Positions 17,953 to 28,300 of a stretch of 64,000 nucleotides of DNA are shown here, piece by piece. The stretch spans positions 159,658-223,657 of the forward strand of contig JBBAKX010000004.1 of assembly GCA_040403315.1 (NCBI GenBank), written 5' to 3'. Made by a program: the position numbers and the translations under genes. Within the stretch, counting starts at the first letter, position 1, and every line of letters begins with the position of its first letter. This DNA comes from Flavobacteriales bacterium (lineage in GTDB: Bacteria > Bacteroidota > Bacteroidia > M30B66). The notes beneath the pieces were generated by a model. The model searched no databases and was not told where the DNA came from. It was given only the letters and a program-made list of their open reading frames with translations.

Positions 17953-18747
17953 ATGCCGCTATATTTTCACGGAAATGCTCCTCTAAAGTTCCAGCACCAG
18001 TATCTGGTTACACTCAATTACATCATTCCATACATCGAAAAACAGCAAGCTTTTCGCGAGAATATGGATGTTTTAGAGGTTGGTTGTGGAGAAGGTGGCG
18101 TGTTGAAAGCTTTCGCTGAAAAAAATTGCCGATGTACGGGGATGGACTTATCGGTGTCGAAAATTGAACATGGGAAGGAGCTGTTAGCCGAAGAAATTGC
18201 AGCTGGAAAAATGGAGTTGTTTTCAGCAGATATCTACGACCAGAAAACAATGGATGCGTTCCGCGGAAAGTTCGATCTTATCATTTTAAAAGATACCATC
18301 GAGCATATCCCGGAGCAGGAAAAAGTAATGGCTCAGTTGGAAGTATATCTTAAAAAAGGTGGTCGATTATTTTTTGCCTTCCCTCCGTGGAGGATGCCCT
18401 TTGGAGGACATCAACAAACTGCCACAACAAAAATCGGGAAACTCCCTTGGATGCACCTACTCCCAAGAGGATTGTATCAAGCTTGGCTTCGAAAGATTGG
18501 AGAACCAGAACCTACTGTAATTTCGTTGATGGAAATTTACGATACACGAATTTCAATAGATCGCTTCGAGCGCATTTGCCGAAATACTGGATATACCATT
18601 CAAAACCGAAGATTGTATTTAATTAATCCAATTTATCGATATAAATTCGGAAGATCTCCAAGAATACAATTTGGCATTTTATCAGTGATTCCGTGGTTCA
18701 GAGACTTTATAAGCACCACAGCTTATTACATATTGAAACGCGATTAA
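17953..18747 (+). CDS. class I SAM-dependent methyltransferase
   Basis: Motif I (VLEVGCGEGG) and motif II (DLIILKDTIEHI) are present. Confidence 0.7.
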   Translation: MPLYFHGNAPLKFQHQYLVTLNYIIPYIEKQQAFRENMDVLEVGCGEGGVLKAFAEKNCRCTGMDLSVSKIEHGKELLAEEIAAGKMELFSADIYDQKTMDAFRGKFDLIILKDTIEHIPEQEKVMAQLEVYLKKGGRLFFAFPPWRMPFGGHQQTATTKIGKLPWMHLLPRGLYQAWLRKIGEPEPTVISLMEIYDTRISIDRFERICRNTGYTIQNRRLYLINPIYRYKFGRSPRIQFGILSVIPWFRDFISTTAYYILKRD

Positions 18748-18972
18748 CGAGATAGATACCTTATTAGCATTACGACTACAGCAAAAAGAAACATAAAGAT
18801 ACTGATGCGGTTCATCCCGTTCATAAACCGAACACTAGAATTCCGCTTGTTCTTATCTGCACGAAAAAGTGTTCGTACATCCATGTAGTAAAGTAGTTTC
18901 TTGAAAATCATCTAAAAGGGTATTTAAGCAAATGTAACAAGGAACACTTCAAATGGTTCTTTTCAATGCATT

Positions 18973-21900
18973 TCAATCTTCAAGCAACTTTGGTAATTCA
19001 ACAAAAAAGGTAGTGCCTTCTCCAACTGCGGTTTCAAACCAAATTTTACCGTTCGAACTCTCTACAATATTCTTCACCAACGCCAAACCGAGACCCATAC
19101 CACCATTTTTTGTTGTGAAATTAGGATTGAAAATCTTATCCCTTAATTCTTCTGAAATACCTGTTCCATTGTCGGAAATTAACACTACATAATTGCTCTC
19201 TTTTATATCTAATGTAAGATCGATCCGTTTAGTCTCTTTGTCATGCATTGCCTGAACTGCATTGCGGATAAGGTTATTGAAAACACGAATCATCTGTTCT
19301 TTATCGGTTAAAACAAAACAAGAACGGTTAATGCTTGATTGAAAACTAATTTCCACGTCTTCTTCACCTTGATGGAAATCTCTTGCGCTAAGAATCAATT
19401 CGGCTAAATCGATTTTTTCTTTAACCATCTTAGGCATTTTCGCAAAATTCCCGAACTCTGTCGCAATGTGACTTAATGTATCGATTTGCTCGATTAAATT
19501 TTTAGTAAACCTGTCTATCCGTTGATCAAACCCTGGCGCCTGATCGTCCCATGCACGCTTCAACATTTGGGCACCTAACTTCATGGGCGTTAGCGGATTC
19601 TTGATTTCGTGCGCTACTTGTTTTGCCATTTCACGCCAAGCACTTTCTCGCTCCGACCTTGCTAATTTATCGGCACTCTCAGCCAATTCGCCCAACATTC
19701 GATTATACTCTCCAATGAGCTCTCCAATTTCATCTTTGCCTTTCCATTCAATGGCTTCGTTTTTCCTTCCCAAACGGAGATTCCCCAAACGTTCTTGAAT
19801 AATTCGTAGTGGTTCGGTTACCGAATTAGACAGGAAAATTGCAGCAATTACAACGAGAACAATCAATAAAACGTAAATATTGATAATGGCTACAACGAAG
19901 GTTGCAATCTCGCGTCGAAGCTCGCTTTGCCTTGCAAAATATGGAAGATTCAAATATCCAATTACTCGATTTTCGGAGTTCCTTAATGGGACATATGCTG
20001 ACAAATAATCTAACTTTCCGATACGTTCTTGGTGCACAAATTCGGTTGATTTTTCAACCAATAAATGGTGATATGCATCCGAATTCATCTTACGAGAAAC
20101 GAGCCCTTCATCAAATACTTTTGTTCTGGATGAGGCGAATAAAAAACCCGACGGGGTAAAAATGTTAATATCTGCAAAGAACACATTTGATTGCCGTGTT
20201 AATGCATAAGCAATATCTTCCGCTTTGGAGGGATCTAAATAAGAATCCTTATTCAATAAATAATCTGTTTCAACCAAAATCGAATGAATCTTCTCGCTAA
20301 TTGATCGATAATTCTTTTGATTGTTATTTGAAATGATATATGAAATTGTACCACCTCCAATGAGGAAAAGCGATAAGAATAGAATTAATATAATCGACAA
20401 TTGAATTCTTCTTTTAAAGCTAAACGTTACATTTTTCTTGGTGAGCCAAAACTCCCTAATTAAAAAAGGAATTAAAACCATCAACCCAAAAAACAACATT
20501 AAATACGAAAAAGGTGTAAGAACTTGAAGCACTCCAGAAGAAGGAAGGCTCAGTACCACCAGTGATTGTGCGCCTGATCTTGAAGCCAAGTGACTAAAAC
20601 CTCCAAATTGCAATTGAATTGGATTATCAAATCCTGCCTTTTTAAAAAGTGTATCACTTAAGCTATAAGGAAATTGTCCAAAATGAGACACCAATTTGCC
20701 TGCATTGTAGCGTGCATAACTGTATTTAGTCATGTCAGTTTTGGTACTCACCATTTTATCGAGCAGCAATTCAGGATACCCAATTTCTTCGGGGGTGTAA
20801 CGTGAATTTAACTCGATGTATAAATTCCCAAGCGGAATTGAGTCTCTTGGCGTATCGTAAACTGCCAATCGCGCCAAATAGCTAATTCTTCCTGAATTGT
20901 TATCGAGGAAAAAGAAATTCTCGCTTAATGTTGGAATTCCGATTGAATCAATTAAATGATCAAAGACCAATGGATCATTACCTGAATTTGTATACAGTGT
21001 TGTTAATGGACATTCATCTGCACCAAAAACTTGCACGTTAATTTTATATTTTTCCCAGTAGCCATTAAAAAACAATTGTGCTAAATCTCGAACCTGTCCT
21101 GTTATCGTAGTTCCTGGTCGCAAGTAACTTTTTAAAAGTGTATCAGAAAGAATTCTCTTTTCTGTTTCAAGAAATAAACTCTCTGCAATTGGATCTCGCT
21201 CAGCTGCAATTTTCCCCGCTAACAATTGGCGTTTCTCAATTTCTCGAGAATTGGTATATCTTAAAATAAAAGATGTTCCTACCAAAGAAAAAAGTGCAAT
21301 TAACCCAATAATAGAACCGTAACGATAAGGCTTAGCACCGTATGATGAAAGCCATATTCCACTCAACAATAAACCTACAGAAGGCAATAATGTGAAATCC
21401 AAATCTCCCCAATAAACATCTAATAAGGTTAATATGATAACCAAAAATCCAAGAGTCGCAAAAAATGATTTATGACCAACTGCTGAAGGCTTCAGTATAC
21501 TAAGCCCTTTGTCGGCCAGTAAAAAAAAGGATGCAAAAAGTATCCCTGTAATTAAATAGGAAATATAACTGCTTAGTGTTAGGGATAGAAAATCGTTTAT
21601 ATCTAAAGAAATACTTGAATTAATAATTAATCCTCGAAGCAAATCGAAACAAAACCAGCCCAAAAAAAGCAAGACCAATAAAACAGCAAATGTAATTAGC
21701 GTTTTTCTTTGGACTTTAACAATAAAATTGGATTGGTAAATAAGTAAAACAGAATAAAAAAGAAAAATACTATTTAAAAATAAATCACCTAAACTTGGTA
21801 ACCAATTAGATGCCCCATATTCGCTTGGATTAAACAAATCTGAAGCATAGAGAATTTCAGGTATTTTAAAATAAAATGAAACCGCTCTGAGCAATAATAA

Positions 21901-22674
21901 ACTTAACCACCACAGGAAAATCAATTTCTTTCCACGTGTTTTTGAAATTACTTTAACAGTCCAATGGCCCGAAACCAAGAACATAGCCAATCCTAGATAA
22001 ATGAGCCAATTCAAGTTGCTATTGCGGTGGTTTTCACCCAATGGATCATCAATAGCCTTAAACCAAACTGCAATTTTTCCACGTTTATCGAGCACTGGCT
22101 GACTTCCAATAACAGGATCGTTGTACAATTCAGCATCGCCGGAGATTGTCTTGTTTCCTGGAAAATGATCATGCAGATAATCGTTCTGGTATGAATATTC
22201 TCGCTTAATCAGCGCCATTGCTGTAATCCCACAATTGCCTGTTTTAATTCTGCGAACGAGGTACCAACCGTTCTTTAGTTTCCAAAGTTGCTTATCGGGA
22301 TATTCTCTGATGACATCTAATCCTATCGGAACGGTATTGTCGCTCCAAAAATGAAAAATTTCATCGTCATAACGGAACAATGCTATCTGCTGTTCCTCTG
22401 ATGCTTTCTTCCACTTTTCGGGATAATTTCGGTAATCCCCAAAATCTAAACATGAATCAGCCGAAAACGCTTCAGCAACTTTTAACAATTGCGTCTCTCG
22501 CTCAATAAGGTAATTCCTGAATTCAATTAACTGCTGAGCCGAATCTTCCTTTTTGTGCAAAACCTCATGCCAGTAATATGTCGATCCCAAAGTGAGCAAC
22601 GACAAAATCAAAAGCAGAATAGGCAGTTTCTTCACGAGAATGGTTGATGTACAAATTAACAACAATAAGCACAA
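18973..22674 (-). CDS. 7TMR-DISM-type sensor histidine kinase (periplasmic sensor + 7TM + HisKA + HATPase); no receiver domain
   Basis: Signal/TM at the N-terminus. Large extracytoplasmic domain. Seven-helix membrane block. H-box (AHEIKNPLTPM). C-terminal HATPase N/G1/G2 boxes (NLIRNAVQA, DNGTGI, GGMGLGL). Confidence 0.8.
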   Translation of the reverse strand: MCLLLLICTSTILVKKLPILLLILSLLTLGSTYYWHEVLHKKEDSAQQLIEFRNYLIERETQLLKVAEAFSADSCLDFGDYRNYPEKWKKASEEQQIALFRYDDEIFHFWSDNTVPIGLDVIREYPDKQLWKLKNGWYLVRRIKTGNCGITAMALIKREYSYQNDYLHDHFPGNKTISGDAELYNDPVIGSQPVLDKRGKIAVWFKAIDDPLGENHRNSNLNWLIYLGLAMFLVSGHWTVKVISKTRGKKLIFLWWLSLLLLRAVSFYFKIPEILYASDLFNPSEYGASNWLPSLGDLFLNSIFLFYSVLLIYQSNFIVKVQRKTLITFAVLLVLLFLGWFCFDLLRGLIINSSISLDINDFLSLTLSSYISYLITGILFASFFLLADKGLSILKPSAVGHKSFFATLGFLVIILTLLDVYWGDLDFTLLPSVGLLLSGIWLSSYGAKPYRYGSIIGLIALFSLVGTSFILRYTNSREIEKRQLLAGKIAAERDPIAESLFLETEKRILSDTLLKSYLRPGTTITGQVRDLAQLFFNGYWEKYKINVQVFGADECPLTTLYTNSGNDPLVFDHLIDSIGIPTLSENFFFLDNNSGRISYLARLAVYDTPRDSIPLGNLYIELNSRYTPEEIGYPELLLDKMVSTKTDMTKYSYARYNAGKLVSHFGQFPYSLSDTLFKKAGFDNPIQLQFGGFSHLASRSGAQSLVVLSLPSSGVLQVLTPFSYLMLFFGLMVLIPFLIREFWLTKKNVTFSFKRRIQLSIILILFLSLFLIGGGTISYIISNNNQKNYRSISEKIHSILVETDYLLNKDSYLDPSKAEDIAYALTRQSNVFFADINIFTPSGFLFASSRTKVFDEGLVSRKMNSDAYHHLLVEKSTEFVHQERIGKLDYLSAYVPLRNSENRVIGYLNLPYFARQSELRREIATFVVAIINIYVLLIVLVVIAAIFLSNSVTEPLRIIQERLGNLRLGRKNEAIEWKGKDEIGELIGEYNRMLGELAESADKLARSERESAWREMAKQVAHEIKNPLTPMKLGAQMLKRAWDDQAPGFDQRIDRFTKNLIEQIDTLSHIATEFGNFAKMPKMVKEKIDLAELILSARDFHQGEEDVEISFQSSINRSCFVLTDKEQMIRVFNNLIRNAVQAMHDKETKRIDLTLDIKESNYVVLISDNGTGISEELRDKIFNPNFTTKNGGMGLGLALVKNIVESSNGKIWFETAVGEGTTFFVELPKLLED

Positions 22675-22783
22675 TACTCAAATATCGAAAGGCTGAGTTA
22701 GATTGGAGAAAAGCTGTTACATTATTTTATCCCTAAAACATAGAATATCCTTTAATTTGCAGCGTTGATTGCCATTGTAAGAA

Positions 22784-24172
22784 ATGAAAAGGATTCAATT
22801 TCTCACGTGGGAAAAATTATTAAGAATAGTGTTGAACATATTTTCAAACTTCAGCTTTAGATTGCTAACCGTTCTCTTGATTTATTGCGGAAACCTTCAC
22901 GGACAAGCACTTACCATCGAGCCGAAAAAGCTAGATTTCGGGGTTACTGAAAAAGCAGGATCTGTTAAAACAAGAGTAATTGTAAAAAACACAAGCTCAA
23001 AAACACTTGTATTGCTGAAAGCCGATGCGCCCAAGAATTTCATCGTAAAAGCAGGGCGAAAAATCATTCCTGCAAACGATACCACTCAATTAATCGTTGA
23101 ATACCATCCAATCGAAGCTGGGAAATTTTCAGGTGAAATTCAATTGTTTCATAACCAAGGAAACAACGCACAAACGCTAAAGGTTTCAGGAGAAATCAAG
23201 CAGCTTCTCGCAGATCAACTTAATAACTGCGTCGATTTTTCACCTAAAATGAATTCAGGAAATTCTTCAAGCATTCCAACATTTACAAACCACATAGCCT
23301 ATTTCACCGATTCGAAGTCTGGAGATCAAATCAAAGAAGCTTCAATTTTATATGTATCGCAAAGCGGTAGAGACAAAATGGAGAGAACCACCACCACTGG
23401 AATGCTGAAAACGCAAATCCCAGTTGGCCCTTATGCTTTAGTGGTATCGGCGCCCGGTTACGAATCGTTGATGACAGAACAATACATCAAGTTTAACGCA
23501 GGGTCGCAAAGTTTTGTGCTATCGCCTTCCAAAGACAAACCAAAGGAAATAAAGCCAGAACCTCAACCTGTTGTTTCCACTCCAGCACCTGATAAATCTG
23601 ATCTTTTCGATAATTCCTTCAAACCAAACAACATTGTTTTCTTGATCGATATTTCAGGTTCAATGAAGGATCCTAATAAACTTCCTCTCTTAAAAAAATC
23701 AATTGCAACCCTGCTCAAGCCTGTTCGTGAAACCGACAAAATAACCATTATCGCTTACGCGGAAGAAGTGAAAACCATTGTCCCTACAAGCAATGGGGAC
23801 CAAAAATCGAAAATTCTGCAACAGTTGGATTCGCTAAAAGCAGGCGGTGTTACTGCTGGAAGTGCTGGTATAAAAAAGGCCTATGAATTGGCTGAAAGTG
23901 CCTTTTTGACTTATGGGAACAACCAAGTCATTCTTGCCACTGATGGCGTTTTCAGGATTTCGGCGAAAGACAAAAAGATGATCGAAAAATTCGCAACTAC
24001 ACCCGAAAAGAAAATCATCCTTTCGGTTACTGGCTTTGGAGACCAAGAAGATGCTCTCAATATGTTGAAAGGGCTAAGTGATTTAGGAAAGGGCAGCTTC
24101 ATTCACATCCAGAATGAAAAAGAATCCTTAAACGCTCTGCTGGAGGAAATAAAAAGCAGATCGAAAAGATAG
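22784..24172 (+). CDS. secreted DUF1573 (ASH-like beta-sandwich) + von Willebrand factor A domain protein
   Basis: N-terminal DUF1573-like segment (LTIEPKKLDFGVT...). vWA MIDAS region (IVFLIDISGSM). Confidence 0.65.
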   Translation: MKRIQFLTWEKLLRIVLNIFSNFSFRLLTVLLIYCGNLHGQALTIEPKKLDFGVTEKAGSVKTRVIVKNTSSKTLVLLKADAPKNFIVKAGRKIIPANDTTQLIVEYHPIEAGKFSGEIQLFHNQGNNAQTLKVSGEIKQLLADQLNNCVDFSPKMNSGNSSSIPTFTNHIAYFTDSKSGDQIKEASILYVSQSGRDKMERTTTTGMLKTQIPVGPYALVVSAPGYESLMTEQYIKFNAGSQSFVLSPSKDKPKEIKPEPQPVVSTPAPDKSDLFDNSFKPNNIVFLIDISGSMKDPNKLPLLKKSIATLLKPVRETDKITIIAYAEEVKTIVPTSNGDQKSKILQQLDSLKAGGVTAGSAGIKKAYELAESAFLTYGNNQVILATDGVFRISAKDKKMIEKFATTPEKKIILSVTGFGDQEDALNMLKGLSDLGKGSFIHIQNEKESLNALLEEIKSRSKR

Positions 24173-24174
24173 GC

Positions 24175-24939
24175 TTAGTTGGATTGAAATCTGCTCGAAC
24201 GTGTCGAAAGATGCGCATGGAAACGATGAAGCAATTCGGGATCTTTTTCTAACGCATTTCCAACGACAACCAAATTGGCTCCTGCATCCAGCGCAAGCGA
24301 TAGCTTTTCAACACTATCGATTCCTCCGCCAACAACCAATGGAATGCCGAGTTCAAGTTTCACTGCGTGGATCATTTCAGGCGGAACAGGCCATTTGGCG
24401 CCACTTCCAGCTTCGAGGTAAACCAATTTCATCCCGAGCAATTCGGCCGACAAGGCTGTTTTAGCGGCTATGTCGGATTTGTCGCGCGGTATAGGCTGCG
24501 TTTGACTCATGTAAGCCACCGATGTTACCTTTCCACTTTCGATTAAAATGTATCCTGTTGGAATGATTTCCAAACCGCTTCGTTTGAGTTTTCGTGCAGC
24601 TTCAACATGCTTTCCGATGAGCAAGTCTGGATTCCTCCCAGAGATTAAACTCAACAGCAACAATGCATCGGCTTGATCATCCATTTGCGTCTCGTTTCCA
24701 GGAAAAATAACTATTGGAATTCCTGGTCGCATATTGCGAATTTCAGCTACACACGATTTTACATCAATCGCCTCCGAAGTTGAACCCCCTACCAGAAAAA
24801 GATCAGGTGGAGACGATTCTGCTACTGTAAGCAAATGCCTGAGTTTATTCAAACTTAATTTTCCTGGATCAACCAAAACTGCAAGCAGAGCGCGGCCTTG
24901 GCGTGATGCATCCTCAATAAATGTGAGCACATTCAACAT
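24175..24939 (-). CDS. geranylgeranylglyceryl-phosphate synthase family (PcrB/GGGPS) protein
   Basis: TIM-barrel PcrB/GGGPS family signature across the protein (LFLVGGS, VYLEAGSG, PLVVGGGI). Confidence 0.7.
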   Translation of the reverse strand: MLNVLTFIEDASRQGRALLAVLVDPGKLSLNKLRHLLTVAESSPPDLFLVGGSTSEAIDVKSCVAEIRNMRPGIPIVIFPGNETQMDDQADALLLLSLISGRNPDLLIGKHVEAARKLKRSGLEIIPTGYILIESGKVTSVAYMSQTQPIPRDKSDIAAKTALSAELLGMKLVYLEAGSGAKWPVPPEMIHAVKLELGIPLVVGGGIDSVEKLSLALDAGANLVVVGNALEKDPELLHRFHAHLSTRSSRFQSN

Positions 24940-25318
24940 TTCGCAAAAGTAAACTTTTGAGCCTCCGAAACAAGGATTTCAAATCGGCAAAATAATTCTT
25001 CCAAAGGTAAATCCCTCTGCAAACGATTACCATGCAGGTTGATGCTTGCATGTTTGAAATTGGAAGCTCTTCTAAATTTCTTACATCCTTTTGAGGCTTC
25101 ATTAAAATTACAGCACAAGAAAACTTCTTGAGTAAAATCAGGCATTCCCGAAGAATTTAGGATTTGAATCTCTGCATCAAGTATAATGATCTTACACCTG
25201 ACAGTTAGGCTGTAAAGCCTGAAAAATCAGGCCGTTGAGCCAAGGTAGCTTTGTAGCGGGTCAAATTGTGCCCAGTCGACAACATGAAACAGATCTACAT
25301 CAAAAATACCAAAAGCAT

Positions 25319-28300
25319 ATGAGCCGCATTGGGAAATGGTTGTGTACGGTCGCCCTAATTTTGTTAGGGATGCATACATCGTGGGCGCAGCTTACAACAA
25401 CCGGAAACACTACAGTATCAGCAAATGCACTGGTAAATAATATCATCGGTACTGGGGTTACATTTTCGAATGCAACATACACCGGACGAGTTGTTGCAGT
25501 AGGTACTTTCAATGGTGTGTCCTCAAACATCGGACTTCCATCGGGCGTTATTATCACCTCAGGACATATAAATGTAGCACCCGGACCAAATAGCAATGGA
25601 GGTGCAACTTTTTCAAACAACGGTCCCAATATCCCAGAACTCGAAACGCTTGCTCAATCCACCACTTTCGATGGAGCGATCCTCGAATTCGACTTCATCC
25701 CACAAAGTAACTTTGTAAGTTTTAGATATGTGTTCGCATCCGAAGAATACAATGAATATGTGTGTTCAGAATTCAACGATGCCTTCGCCTTTTTTATCAA
25801 TGGTCCGGGTATAACTGGAACAGAAAATCTGGCCGTAGTGCCTTCAACCACAACGCCTGTTACCATCAATACGATTAACAATGGTTCTGTAGGCTCTTTA
25901 GGATCGATTACCAATTCACCCTGTGTTCTAACGAATTCAGGGTATTTTGTTGGAAATGCTTCCAATACGGTTCAATATGACGGTTTCACAACAGTGCTCA
26001 CTGCTCAAAGAACTGTTATTCCTTGTCAGACTTACCACATCCGAATGATGATTGCAGATGGTGCAGATGACATTTTCGACTCAGCAGTATTTTTGGAGGA
26101 GAACTCCTTTTCGTCGGATGTATTCGCAGTGGATGTAAGCACATTCTTCAACGATTCAACTATTTACGAAGGATGTACATCTGCCGACATCACCTTCAGT
26201 CGCCCCGATCCAGATCCAAATCCATTAACAATTATTTACTCTGTTAATGGAAGTGCGACGATGGGAACAGATTATACACCCCTATCGGGATCTGCAACTA
26301 TTCCCGCAGGACAAACCTCTACAACAGTTACAGTAAACGGTTTTGCTGATGGCGTTAATGAAGGTACAGAAACAATTATCCTCAATGCCAATACGCCTTG
26401 CGGAACGATTCCACAAATCATCTTCTTACGCGAAAAACCGCCACTCACAGTAATTGCACCCAACAATGCGATTTGTTCGGGACAAGGACCTGTAACCCTA
26501 ACCGCTACTCCTCAAGGTGGAATTCCGCCATACAGTTATTCTTGGGACAATGGATCAACCAGCAACACGATCAGCGTTAACCCATCAACTACAACAGCTT
26601 ATACAGTTATTGTAACAGATTTCTGCGGAACAACGTCGATGGCACAGCCTATTGTGAACATTGCCGACATTCCAACAGCTTCTATTTCTGCACCTCCATT
26701 TATATGCAGTGGAGTTCAAATACCAGTATCTTACACAGGTACTGCTTCTCCATCGGCTACTTACAATTGGGATTTCGACAATCCTTCAACAGTTTCTAGT
26801 GGATCCGACCAAGGTCCATATCAGGTAAGTTGGGATTCTGCAGGTATAAAAACCATCTCACTTCAAGTAATTGAAAACGGGTGTGCCTCCAATACCGTTA
26901 CAACGCAAGTCTTAGTAAATCCAACGCCTACAGCCGATTTTGTGATTGATCCAATTGCCTGCGCAGGGCAAAATACAACTGTTACTTATACAGGAACAGG
27001 AACAGATGCAGGTGGCTATGGCTGGGGATTTCCTGGCGGTGTGATCATCACTGGAGGTCGTCGTGGACCATTTGAAATTCGATGGGATTCGGTTGGTGTG
27101 TATGGTGTTACACTTACAGTAACTGAAAATGGCTGTACCTCTCCGGGCAATGAAGTTTTCGTGAACGTTCAACCAACACCAACATCCGATTTTTCGGTTG
27201 AAACACCGGTTTGTATCGGCGAAGCATCTACGATCAGTTACGATGGTACAGCTTCATCAACTGCCACCTACAATTGGAACTTCGCAGGAGGAACCATCCA
27301 AAGTGGAAGCGGCGTTGGACCTTATGAAATCGTCTGGAGTACTTCTGGAACAAAAACCATTTTCCTGTCTGTTACTGAAGCAGGATGCACCAGCAATATC
27401 ACTTCACATCAAGTTGTGGTGAACAACATTCCACAAGCGAACTTTAATGTGGCATCACCCGTTTGTGCCGGTCAACCAACCACAGCAACCTATTCTGGAA
27501 GCGCGAATAGCAATGCGACTTACAATTGGAACTTCGATTCTGCCACAGTTCAAGCTGGGTCAGGACAAGGGCCTTACACTTTGCAATGGAACAATCCAGG
27601 AAATTATAACGTTACGCTCACCGTTTCTAGAAATGGATGTACTTCACTTCCTTTCAGCTCACCAGTAACCGTTTATGCCATTCCAACAGCGCCTTTCACG
27701 GTTGAATCTCCAGTTTGTGTTGGAGAAGGATCAACCATCGGATACACCGGAACTTTAGGAAGTGGTAGCACTTTTACTTGGGATTTCAGCGGAGGATTAT
27801 TGCTTTCAGGCAGTGGATCTGGACCTTACGAAGTGTATTGGACTACCCCAGGCACCAAGCAGATCACCTTCAGCTTAACATCGCCGGAAGGCTGCCCATC
27901 GCCACCGAACACGATTCCAGTGATCGTAAATCCAACACCAAGTTCAACCTTCATCGCCGAAACGCCGATTTGCTTAAACGAAACATCCACCATCAATTAT
28001 ACTGGTAGCGGAAATCCAGGTGCTCAATATGCTTGGAACTTCAATGGCGGTATCGTTATGAGTGGCGGCGGACAAGGGCCATACGAAATTCTTTGGCAAA
28101 CACCGGGCATCAAAACCATCACTGTTCAGGTGGAAGAAAATGGTTGCGTGTCGCCTCCAACCCAACAACAAGTTAACGTAAAACCTTTACCAACAGGATA
28201 TTTCACAGCTGTGACGCCTGTTTGTGCATTCAATACAACCACCATCGTATATTCTGGAAACGCGCAAGCAAATGCGTTCTTCACTTGGGATTTTGACAAT

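Noticed and set aside
18746-18884. 47-aa minus-strand ORF with one TM helix in the MTase/HK convergent gap
   Set aside because: It overlaps the methyltransferase stop. It is too short and unsupported to call without conservation data.
24914-25145. Two overlapping 62/70-aa minus-strand ORFs upstream of the GGGPS gene
   Set aside because: The frames conflict. There is no signal sequence, TM helix or motif. They are probably the promoter or leader region shared between divergent genes.
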